From assembly GCA_031277235.1 (NCBI GenBank), contig JAITMT010000359.1:1-39464 (forward strand): 39,464 nucleotides of DNA, read 5' to 3'. Source of the stretch: Tannerella sp. GTDB lineage: Bacteria; Bacteroidota; Bacteroidia; Bacteroidales; Tannerellaceae. Numbering within the stretch: position 1 is the stretch's first letter; every line of letters starts with the position of its first letter. The notes under the pieces are model-generated. The model saw only the letters and a list, made by a program, of their open reading frames with translations, did no database searches and was not told the origin of the DNA. Positions 20,429 to 28,339 of the stretch are shown here, piece after piece. The position numbers and the translations under genes are program-made.

Positions 20429-21673
20429 ATGGGGACAACTACTTTTTTCGTCATTATTTTAGTTATTGCCTTTTTTGTTACGGGCAGATTTTTTGAAGGT
20501 TTAGAAGATTCGGGGTTCAAAAGGTTGGGAAATCAGTCTGTAAAAATTGTATCTGGAAAATTCAAACTTGAAAAGGAAGAGAGTCGGCACCTTCAAGAAT
20601 ACAACTTTGAATACCGGCAAGGCTCTTTTTGCTATAACAAAACGATTTTTGGAGAAACCGTCAGGCTATACCTCGAAATGCGCCGGGAGTTGCAGAGAGA
20701 AGACAAATATCTGAAAATTAAAGATTTTGATAGGTATTTTAAAGCCTGTGAATGGTTTGTTTTGAACCGGATGGGAATTTATAACGAAAATATTCCGAAA
20801 TCCGATGAAAACGATGATATTGTACAATTAATCAAGTATAAATCAGATAGTTATCTTGAATTTCCGGAGCATGAAAAATTACTCGTTTATTGCATGTCTC
20901 CTGTCTTTCGCAGGGCTCGATACAATTGGCTAACAATGAATTATGATTATTCAAAGCCTGAAGCGTTTTATCAAAACATCTGTATGTTAAGGGATTCCTT
21001 TCAAAAAAATAGAATTTATTTCGGGACGATAGAAAAAGTGGAAGCCGAATGCCGCAGAATTTTCTTTTCGGCGCATCAGTTTTTAGCCGACAGGGACAGG
21101 ACGTATTCGCTGTTGTCCTATCTTCAATATTTGAATGTAGAAACATCAAAATCAGAAAATTATCACCATAAAACTGTTCCTAAGGAAATTCGTCCCGTCC
21201 TGTTTGGAAACAAAAGAATGGAAGAACGTTTCGGGCTGATTTGCAACAATTTGAAACGGAATAAGGATTGGAACAAAGCCGAGGCGGATACGTTGTTGCT
21301 GCTGGGCGTCGCCAAGCGTAAAATCGAATTAAACCGTGAATCCATCGAAGAAGAAAAAGCCGAACTTTCGGAAACGGCTCAAATGCTTGAAAAATACCTG
21401 CAAGACGAAGAAACGGCGCCGGAAGAGAAAACGGTCTTTTTGCAGCCCGTAACATCGTCCGACCCCGAAAACGAACTGATTATTTTGTTTCAAAACAACG
21501 ATTTTGCGCTAAATAAAAAAGAAATTGATAAATTTGCACTGGAAAAAGGCTTATTTTCCGGCAGCATGATTCAAAAAATCAATGAAAAATACTTTGAAAA
21601 GTTGGATGACGTGCTGATTGAGGAAAGCGAAAATTCCTTTGTCCTGAATCGCGAATATTTGGAAAAATTATAA
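20429..21673 (+). CDS. N-terminally membrane-anchored TerB-C domain protein (Shango SngA-like)
   Basis: Hydrophobic FFVIILVIAFFV at the N-terminus. The C-terminus IELNRESIEE...ETAQMLEKYL...FALEKGLFSGSMIQKINEKYFEKLDDVLIE matches the TerB_C pattern. Start moved from TTG 20261 to ATG 20429 because of the promoter position. Confidence 0.78.
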   Translation: MGTTTFFVIILVIAFFVTGRFFEGLEDSGFKRLGNQSVKIVSGKFKLEKEESRHLQEYNFEYRQGSFCYNKTIFGETVRLYLEMRRELQREDKYLKIKDFDRYFKACEWFVLNRMGIYNENIPKSDENDDIVQLIKYKSDSYLEFPEHEKLLVYCMSPVFRRARYNWLTMNYDYSKPEAFYQNICMLRDSFQKNRIYFGTIEKVEAECRRIFFSAHQFLADRDRTYSLLSYLQYLNVETSKSENYHHKTVPKEIRPVLFGNKRMEERFGLICNNLKRNKDWNKAEADTLLLLGVAKRKIELNRESIEEEKAELSETAQMLEKYLQDEETAPEEKTVFLQPVTSSDPENELIILFQNNDFALNKKEIDKFALEKGLFSGSMIQKINEKYFEKLDDVLIEESENSFVLNREYLEKL

Positions 21674-21677
21674 AAAA

Positions 21678-23726
21678 ATGCTCAATATAAAACCCAAGGA
21701 GGCTACTGCCATTATCAATTCGCTGACGAGCGGCGTCGTTCCGAAAATCGGCGTACAGCACATCACGGTTGGACGTTCCAAAGAAATTGAAGCGACGCTC
21801 GCCGCACTGGAAGACGTGAAAAACGGACACAGCATGATGAAATTCTGGATTGGCGATTTCGGATCGGGCAAGTCATTCATGCTGTACCTGCTCAATACGC
21901 TGGCGATGCAGCAGAAATTTGTCGTTGCGCAAGCGGATTTTACGCCGCATATCCGCCTCTATTCCAACGACGGAAAAGGGCAAGCCCTCTACGCGGCGCT
22001 CATGAATAATCTTTCCATTCAGACCAAACCGGAGGGCGGAGCGTTGCCGGTTTTGCTCGAAAAATGGCTCGAAAGCATACTCTTTTCCGTCGCCCAACAG
22101 CATCAGATTTCCATCGCGGAAATACGTCAGGAACAATATAATACATTGATTCATAATGAAATTATGCAATCGCTGAACAAAATTTCCGATTCGGGCGCGC
22201 TGGATTTTGCTACGGTAATTATTCGGTATTACGAAGGTTTTTTGAAAAATGACGACGAATTGAAAAAAAATGCGCTGAAATGGCTCAGGGGAGAATATAC
22301 GGCCAAAATGGAAGCACGTAAGGATTTGGGAGTCAGCGATATTATCAATGACCGGAATTATTATGACATGCTGAAAAGCCTTTGCCGGCTGTTTGTAAAC
22401 ATCGGCTACAGCGGGCTGGTCATCAATCTGGACGAGGCTGTAAATCTGTATAATATCGTGAATAACGGCATGAGGCAGCGTAATTACGAAAAACTGTTGA
22501 GCATCTATAACGATTGTTATCAGGGAAAAACCGGTCATTTGTTTTTCAATATTGCCGCCACGATCGACGTTCTGGAAGATGCCGCAAAGGGTTTCTACAG
22601 TTACGAGGCGCTGAAAACACGCCTGAAAGTCAATATTTTTGAATCCGACACGCTTCGGGACTATTCTCAGCCCGTCATTCGCCTGATTCCGCTGAATCAC
22701 AGCGAAATATTTGTACTGCTTCAGAATTTGAAACAGATTTTTGATTTTAACTATCAGACGGATATTCGTTTCACAGATGCGGATATTCAGCGTTTTATGG
22801 AAGAAATTTATAACAAGCCACTTGCAGATGAGTTTCTTACACCCCGGGAAGTCATCCGTGATTTTCTCAGCATTCTGAATATTCTTCACCAGAATCCGGC
22901 GGCAAATCTACCGGATTTACTGAAAGAAATTTCGATTTCGGCGGAACGCGAGAACATATCGCCGGAAAACAGCGCGGAAAAATTACGGGAAATGAAATTG
23001 AAACAGGTGCAGAAACTTACTAAAAATCAAATATTTTCGGGTGAAATTCTGGAGGAACTGGCAGGTATACTGCTCGAAAACGAAAATGTGCATAAAATGG
23101 TTTCTTCGTCGTTCAAGAACGAGGCAGGCAATATCATTGTAACGGATAACCGATTGATTTTCATCGGAAAAAAAGGAAATATCACGTATTTTCCCTATCC
23201 TCAAATCAACGACATGACTTTTACGTCCGGAAACCGGTTCAGTACGTTAAGTATGGATTTTGACGGCGGCAAAGTTAAATTCGACTATATTCCTAAAAAT
23301 CAGACAAAACCGCTCATTAATATTCTCAATGCGCAAATCGAAATTTTTGAACGGAAAACGCTGGCTGCCGAACTGAAATATTGGGAAAAAGAAATTTCCA
23401 ACTCCGAAATGAAAGGTATGTTGAACAAAATGAGCCGCATAGCCGATATGATTCAGGAAAAAGACGAAAAAGACGGCGAACTGTTTTTCCTGCGCCATGC
23501 CGATACGTTAGCCAAACTGTTGAATCAGTATAAAACGCTGGAAATTTCAGGCATTGATTCGCCTGAAATCACCGCTTCCAAAACTCAAATACTTCATACG
23601 ATCTCGCTGACAAACAGCGCTTTCGAGCAGGAATTGAAAAATCGCCTGCAAACCGATATTTTAGATGTGGACGCCGAATCGGAAGCGTATCTTAACCGTT
23701 TGAAAATAAAAGGATTATTAAATTAA
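21678..23726 (+). CDS. DUF2791 (BrxD/SngB-like) P-loop ATPase fused to a bacterial PH-like domain and an XpaC-like C-terminal domain
   Basis: INSLTSGVVPKIG..ITVGR N-terminus, Walker A GDFGSGKS (aa 59-66), Walker B LVINLDE, LTPREVIRDF core end. Then GNIIVTDNRLIF (PH-like) and FFLRHADTLAKLLNQY...AFEQELKNRLQTDILDVDAE (XpaC-like). Confidence 0.82.
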   Translation: MLNIKPKEATAIINSLTSGVVPKIGVQHITVGRSKEIEATLAALEDVKNGHSMMKFWIGDFGSGKSFMLYLLNTLAMQQKFVVAQADFTPHIRLYSNDGKGQALYAALMNNLSIQTKPEGGALPVLLEKWLESILFSVAQQHQISIAEIRQEQYNTLIHNEIMQSLNKISDSGALDFATVIIRYYEGFLKNDDELKKNALKWLRGEYTAKMEARKDLGVSDIINDRNYYDMLKSLCRLFVNIGYSGLVINLDEAVNLYNIVNNGMRQRNYEKLLSIYNDCYQGKTGHLFFNIAATIDVLEDAAKGFYSYEALKTRLKVNIFESDTLRDYSQPVIRLIPLNHSEIFVLLQNLKQIFDFNYQTDIRFTDADIQRFMEEIYNKPLADEFLTPREVIRDFLSILNILHQNPAANLPDLLKEISISAERENISPENSAEKLREMKLKQVQKLTKNQIFSGEILEELAGILLENENVHKMVSSSFKNEAGNIIVTDNRLIFIGKKGNITYFPYPQINDMTFTSGNRFSTLSMDFDGGKVKFDYIPKNQTKPLINILNAQIEIFERKTLAAELKYWEKEISNSEMKGMLNKMSRIADMIQEKDEKDGELFFLRHADTLAKLLNQYKTLEISGIDSPEITASKTQILHTISLTNSAFEQELKNRLQTDILDVDAESEAYLNRLKIKGLLN

Positions 23727-23737
23727 AACGATAAATT

Positions 23738-24739
23738 ATGGAAAATTCAATCATTAAAATTGAAAACGGCACCCATCTTCCTGAAAATTATCCGCTTACG
23801 CCGGAAGAAAAGCAGGCAGTCGAAAATTATAAACAGAAAATAGATTTAAGCAGTCCGGGCAGTATTATTCAGTACGGCTCTGATATTCAGCAGAAAATCG
23901 TATCATTCTCCGACAGTGTGCTGAACAATCTCCGCAACAAGGATATAGGCGAAGTCGGGGATGTTTTGTCGGGACTGGTCGCCGAATTGAAAACATTCGA
24001 CAAATCATTGAATACAAATAGGTTTATAGACTATTTCCGTTCCCTGAAAAAGAAAATATTCTACATCAAATCCCAATTTTCAAAAGTGGAAAGAAACGTG
24101 GAACAGGTGGAGGTGCAAATGGAAAAACATTATCAAACGCTATCGAAAGACGTTATTCTTTTTGACAATCTGTATGCTCAAAACGAACAGTATTTCAGGG
24201 ATTTATCGCTGTATATCCGGGCAGGCGAAGAAAAACTGGCCGGGATAAAAGACGCTGTTCCGGAAGACATGGCGCACCGCTTCGACAAAAAACTGCACGA
24301 TTTGAGAATCAGCCGCATGATTTCGTTGCAATTGGCGTCTCAAATCCGTATCCTGCAAAACAACAGCGCAACGCTGATGGAACGAATCCAGTCAAGCCTT
24401 GTGAATACGTTGCCGCTGTGGAGAAATCAGATGATTCTTTCGCTCGGTCTGCTTCATTCGCAACAGGCAGCCGATGCACAACACGCTGTAAACGAGGCTA
24501 CGAACGAAATGCTACGGCGAAACAGCGAAAAACTGAAAACAACGTCGGTGAAAATCGCCAAAGAAAACGAACGCAGCGTGGTTGACCTGGAAACGCTGAA
24601 AAAAGTGAATACCGATTTGTTCGATACCATCCAAAACGTACTGTCCATCCAGCAGGAAGGTCGTCAAAAACGCCAACAGGCTGAACAGGAACTGCTTCAG
24701 ATAGAAAAGGAGATAAAAAGCAAAATGGATTTTCGCTGA
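23738..24739 (+). CDS. Toxic anion resistance protein, TelA/YaaN/KlaB family
   Basis: IIQYGSDIQQKI..FSD..L, QIRILQNN..L..RIQS...NTLPLWRNQM, TNEMLRRNSEKLK, ERSVVDLETLK, IQQEGRQKR. Confidence 0.92.
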   Translation: MENSIIKIENGTHLPENYPLTPEEKQAVENYKQKIDLSSPGSIIQYGSDIQQKIVSFSDSVLNNLRNKDIGEVGDVLSGLVAELKTFDKSLNTNRFIDYFRSLKKKIFYIKSQFSKVERNVEQVEVQMEKHYQTLSKDVILFDNLYAQNEQYFRDLSLYIRAGEEKLAGIKDAVPEDMAHRFDKKLHDLRISRMISLQLASQIRILQNNSATLMERIQSSLVNTLPLWRNQMILSLGLLHSQQAADAQHAVNEATNEMLRRNSEKLKTTSVKIAKENERSVVDLETLKKVNTDLFDTIQNVLSIQQEGRQKRQQAEQELLQIEKEIKSKMDFR

Positions 24740-24811
24740 AAAGAAATAGCCTCTTTTGGACTTGAAAAGGAATAGTACTTTACCGGTGGAGTACGCTACG
24801 CGGTGCGCATC

Positions 24812-24845
24812 AAAAAGGATAACCGTTGTCGCAACGCCTATCCTT
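24812..24845 (-). terminator. Intrinsic terminator of the putative sRNA
   Basis: AAGGATA/TATCCTT stem, inner CGTT/AACG stem, followed by a T-run on the minus strand. Confidence 0.75.
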
Positions 24846-24933
24846 CCATGTTAATACTAAAAAACTAAAAATTAAAAATTATTATGAGATAAGGTTTTAC
24901 TGTGTGAAAAAACAATATTTCTACTGTTTTGCG
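24812..24933 (-). ncRNA. Putative ~120-nt small RNA (U-rich anti-start-region segment plus terminal hairpin; FopS-like architecture)
   Basis: Upstream TACCTTTGC promoter, no convincing ORF, CAUAAUAAUUUUUAAUUUUUAG tract, 3' hairpin AAGGAUAGGCGUUGCGACAACGGUUAUCCUUUUU. The 5' end is approximate. Confidence 0.65.
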
Positions 24934-24937
24934 AGTG

Positions 24938-24945
24938 CAAAGGTA
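24938..24945 (-). promoter_or_regulatory. -7 promoter element driving the putative sRNA
   Basis: TACCTTTG(CAC), same context as the rpsL promoter. Confidence 0.7.
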
Positions 24946-25085
24946 CGGCGTTTTATGGAAATAAAAATTGATGTAGGATAATAAATTATTTTTTACGCGC
25001 TACATTAAACCGAATCAGTGTTTTTCTATCAAAAGGACAAATGAGATTTTAAACCGAATTATAAACAAGTTAAAAAATTACAGCT

Positions 25086-26204
25086 ATGAAAAGATTTATT
25101 TTAGTCTTAAGTTTAGGGTTGATGGTTGGATTTTTCAATGTCAACAAAAGTGAAGCGCAGGTTCATATCAGTATCAATATAGATATTCAACCGGCTTGGG
25201 GTCCTTCGGGATATGATTATGCCGAATTTTACTATATTCCCGAATTGAATATATATTATGATGTTCTCAATCAGTTGTTTTACTATCTGGACGGAAGTCG
25301 CTGGATACGCACCATGTATTTGCCTGTGGCGTACAGTTACTACGATTTCTATTCATTGTATAAAGTAGTGTTAAACAACATATTAGACCCATGGAGATAC
25401 AACCGGAACCATATAGGTTTGTATCGCAGTTATTGCTACAATTACAGACAGGTTCCCATTTTCTACATGACCGACACGCGCTATTACCGTGCCCGCGAAA
25501 ACTATCGCGTTTGGGTAGAACCCCGCTACATGCCGCAAGACAACGGTCGTCCGCGGAGTCGCAATTTCTCAACGAACACGCGTAACGGTCGCATAAGCGC
25601 CGAATACCGTTCGGCAAGCGCCAATACAGCCTTGCGAAATAGCGGAAATTCAAGGAGTACTACCGTGAACAGAAGTTCCTCCAGTAGTCGTGCGGGTTCT
25701 TCAAGTTCTTCAAGCGTTGGAAGCAGCCGCAGCACGACAAACCGCAGTAGCGCAACAACAGGCGCCCGCAGTACAACAAACAGTTCGCGTGCGTCAAGAC
25801 CATCGGCGTCCGGCAGCAGTTCGCGTGAATCCTCCTCTTTTTCAGGCAATAATGACAAGGCGCGCAGTACGCCGATAACGCGCAGCAGTTCGAATAATTC
25901 AGGCGTATCGCGCAGCAGTAATGCCACTCGCAGTTCAGGTACGGGAGTCAGCAGCTCCCGTACTGCTGCTTCAAGGAGTTCATCATCAAGCGTTTCCACA
26001 CGAAGCAGAAGCAATGGTGCAGGTTCTTCCGTAAGCAGCAGCAGTTCGCGCAGTTCTACTTCAAGAGGCTCATCATCAAGTGTTTCTACACGAAGCAGAA
26101 GCAATGATGCGGGTTCTTCCGTAAAAAGCAACAGTTCGCGTAGCAGTAATGGGCGCAGTTCCACTGCTGCAAGTTCGCGAAGCAGCCGTTCAAGAGGAAG
26201 ATAA
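25086..26204 (+). CDS. Secreted hypothetical protein: Tyr-rich N-terminal domain plus ~200-aa Ser/Arg-rich disordered tail
   Basis: Signal peptide MKRFILVLSLGLMVGFFNVNKSEA|Q, then INIDIQPAWGPSGYDYAEFYYIPE. A-rich start context and downstream terminator. Confidence 0.85.
   Translation: MKRFILVLSLGLMVGFFNVNKSEAQVHISINIDIQPAWGPSGYDYAEFYYIPELNIYYDVLNQLFYYLDGSRWIRTMYLPVAYSYYDFYSLYKVVLNNILDPWRYNRNHIGLYRSYCYNYRQVPIFYMTDTRYYRARENYRVWVEPRYMPQDNGRPRSRNFSTNTRNGRISAEYRSASANTALRNSGNSRSTTVNRSSSSSRAGSSSSSSVGSSRSTTNRSSATTGARSTTNSSRASRPSASGSSSRESSSFSGNNDKARSTPITRSSSNNSGVSRSSNATRSSGTGVSSSRTAASRSSSSSVSTRSRSNGAGSSVSSSSSRSSTSRGSSSSVSTRSRSNDAGSSVKSNSSRSSNGRSSTAASSRSSRSRGR
25971..26144 (+). repeat. Two imperfect copies of a 90-bp (30-aa) unit in the Ser/Arg tail
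   Basis: tcatcatcaagYgtttcYacacgaagcagaagcaatgRtgcRggttcttccgtaa recurs at 25980 and 26070. Confidence 0.9.
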
Positions 26205-26265
26205 TATACGGATATACAGTTATTTATGCCTTTTCAGGAGAAAATCCGAAAACATAAAAAATGTT

Positions 26266-26305
26266 AATAAGCGTAAAGAACCGAAAACTTTATGCTTATT
26301 TTTTT
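26266..26305 (+). terminator. Intrinsic terminator after the Ser/Arg-rich gene
   Basis: AATAAGCGTAAAG / CTTTATGCTTATT stem plus T-run. Confidence 0.8.
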
Positions 26306-26334
26306 GATTAAATCAAATATATGCATTACTTTTG
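26303..26334 (+). promoter_or_regulatory. Bacteroidetes promoter for the 26369 gene
   Basis: TTTG (26303-26306), 20-nt spacer, TACTTTTG (26327-26334). Confidence 0.75.
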
Positions 26335-26368
26335 TCCGCAATTTTAATTAAAAAGGAGAAAAAATGAT

Positions 26369-27304
26369 ATGAAGAAATTATACACTTTAGGCATCATCGC
26401 TTGTATGATGCTGTTTGCATCAAGTATTCGTGTTCAGGCACAACAAAAAATTGATACATTAAATAACACATGGTATTTGAATAAGCAAAGTGCCATTGAG
26501 GCAGCAACATCGCAGAAAAAACAGATTTTTGTCTGCTGGGGAAGGACAACTTGCTGGTACACGTCAAATGTCAGGCAATTATTAGGTACGGGCGAATTGA
26601 AACATTTGGTTGACAGCGCCTATATTTTATGGTTTGTGAATGGGGATTTGTATTCTTTATTTGGGAATGAAACAGGAGAGTATTTCCTCCCGGAATTAAG
26701 AGGTTCGTCCGGAATTATTAATTTGCCGGTACTCTGTTTGGTAAATCCAAATGATGTACATAAGTCCTATGGTTTCTCTACCGGATCAAGAAGCCAAAGT
26801 CAATTAATGGATGTGCTTGACAATGGAATTATTGTTAAAGGAAACAGCGAAGAAGGTGACGGTGGTGATGACGGTACCATTGATGATGGCAACGGAGAAG
26901 ACGGCGACGGCGGAGACGATGGCAACATTGACGAAGGTAATGACGACGGAAACGGTGGAGACGATGGAAACATTGATGAAGGTAATGACGACGGAAACGG
27001 CGGAGATGATGGCAACATTGATGAAGGTAACGACGACGGAAACGGTGGAGACGATGGCGATAAGGTTGCCAATGAAATTATCCGGGCGTCTAATGCAGAA
27101 GCGTATATATCGTTAAATAAACTTATTATAGATAATACCGCTGAAAATGAGACAGTAAGCGTTTATTCCATCACGGGTTCCCTGATTGATCGGTTCTCCA
27201 AAACGGGACAGAATGTTTCGCGGATTACCACGAATTATCCTCCCGGAATACTCATTATCTCAGGCAGTTCGGGATGGACGAAGAAAGTGATTAAGACGAA
27301 GTAA
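26369..27304 (+). CDS. Putative T9SS cargo: signal peptide, thioredoxin-like domain, Asp/Gly/Asn repeats, C-terminal sorting-type domain
   Basis: Signal ...SIRVQA|Q. W...AIEAA...KKQIFVCWGRTTCWYT and LPVLCLV are Trx-like. C-terminus VANEII...VSVYSITGSLI...PGILII...WTKKVIK is typical of T9SS CTDs. Confidence 0.7.
   Translation: MKKLYTLGIIACMMLFASSIRVQAQQKIDTLNNTWYLNKQSAIEAATSQKKQIFVCWGRTTCWYTSNVRQLLGTGELKHLVDSAYILWFVNGDLYSLFGNETGEYFLPELRGSSGIINLPVLCLVNPNDVHKSYGFSTGSRSQSQLMDVLDNGIIVKGNSEEGDGGDDGTIDDGNGEDGDGGDDGNIDEGNDDGNGGDDGNIDEGNDDGNGGDDGNIDEGNDDGNGGDDGDKVANEIIRASNAEAYISLNKLIIDNTAENETVSVYSITGSLIDRFSKTGQNVSRITTNYPPGILIISGSSGWTKKVIKTK
26861..27058 (+). repeat. 45-bp tandem repeat encoding GGDDGNIDEGNDDGN
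   Basis: Three full units at 26909, 26954 and 26999, a partial unit at 27044 and a degenerate 48-bp unit at 26861. Confidence 0.95.
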
Positions 27305-28339
27305 ATCCTGCAATTCCTTGCGTTTGATTTTTCCGGTTTCCGTCATCGGAATTTTATCTAAAACAATAATTTTGCGAGGTTGACAATACTTAGGCAAGTC
27401 TTTTAACAGGGACTTGCCTATTTGTTTTTCAGTTACCAGTACAACGGCTTCTCCCAATTTTTCGTCGGGCAGGGAAGTAATGGCGAAAGGATTATCTATC
27501 AAAGGAGTAAGCATTTTTTCTATGACCTCCGGCTGAATTTTTATTCCGCCGGAATTGATAATATTGTCCTTTCGTCCGATAATTTGAAAACTGCCATCCG
27601 TAAAAATTTCTGCAACATCGTGGGTATATAAAATATTATCCGCAACAAGCGGCGCATTAATAATCAGGGAATTATCTTTATCCAAAGTGAGTTTTACGGA
27701 ATCAAAAGGCTTATAGTAAGGAGATTTATCTTTTCCGTTGAGTTTGCGAAGTGCGATATGCGAAAGCGTTTCGGTCATTCCGTAAGAAGCGTAGAAATTG
27801 TTGGTAAAAGGTTGAAGCCGTTCCTCCAGTTGCGAATCAATCGCACCTCCTCCAATCAACACGTTTTTGATATTTTCTAACTGTTTTGGATTGTTATCCA
27901 GCGAGTTATAAACCTGTAACGGTATCATTGCCGCAAAATCAAAGGAAAAATGATTAAAACTGTCAAGCGGATTTCCGTCCGGTTGCACGGCAAATAAATC
28001 AAGTTCGGCAACGATTGCCCTGACTACCATCATCTTACCGGCAATATAATCAAGCGGCAAACAGAGCAAAGCCTTGTCGCCGTATTTCAAATGCAGAAAA
28101 TTACAGGTCAAAGTCGCGCTGTTTATCATCTTTTGCCTGGATACCTGCAACTGTTTAGGCGTCCCTGTCGAGCCGGACGTTTTCACCGTTACCGTCGGAG
28201 CCTCCGAAAACCATTCTTTCAAAAATTGAAACAATTGCAAATGGAAGTCTGATTTATTTACAAATGAGGGAATTATATCGTTTCTAAAATCATCAGACCG
28301 ATAAACGCAACCCTCAATCATAATCCTGTCATAAATCAT
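27260..28339 (-). CDS. menE: O-succinylbenzoate-CoA ligase
   Basis: TSGSTGTPK, YGMTET, GRKDNIINSGGIK, TETGKI; men cluster context. Confidence 0.92.
   Translation of the reverse strand: MIYDRIMIEGCVYRSDDFRNDIIPSFVNKSDFHLQLFQFLKEWFSEAPTVTVKTSGSTGTPKQLQVSRQKMINSATLTCNFLHLKYGDKALLCLPLDYIAGKMMVVRAIVAELDLFAVQPDGNPLDSFNHFSFDFAAMIPLQVYNSLDNNPKQLENIKNVLIGGGAIDSQLEERLQPFTNNFYASYGMTETLSHIALRKLNGKDKSPYYKPFDSVKLTLDKDNSLIINAPLVADNILYTHDVAEIFTDGSFQIIGRKDNIINSGGIKIQPEVIEKMLTPLIDNPFAITSLPDEKLGEAVVLVTEKQIGKSLLKDLPKYCQPRKIIVLDKIPMTETGKIKRKELQDLLRLNHFLRPSRTA

Noticed and set aside
21873-22889. 338-aa antisense ORF inside the ATPase
   Set aside because: No recognisable motifs; it is in codon register with the sense gene, a usual antisense shadow.
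21678-23726. Calling the locus a BREX system because of the BrxD-like ATPase
   Set aside because: No pglZ, pglX or brxC nearby; the TerB-C neighbour points to Shango-type ancestry.
25526-26164. 212-aa Leu/Glu/Arg-rich antisense ORF
   Set aside because: It is the mirror of the Ser/Arg low-complexity codons, not an LRR protein.
26861-27058. Possible CRISPR array
   Set aside because: Contiguous in-frame 45-bp coding repeats with no unique spacers and no cas genes.
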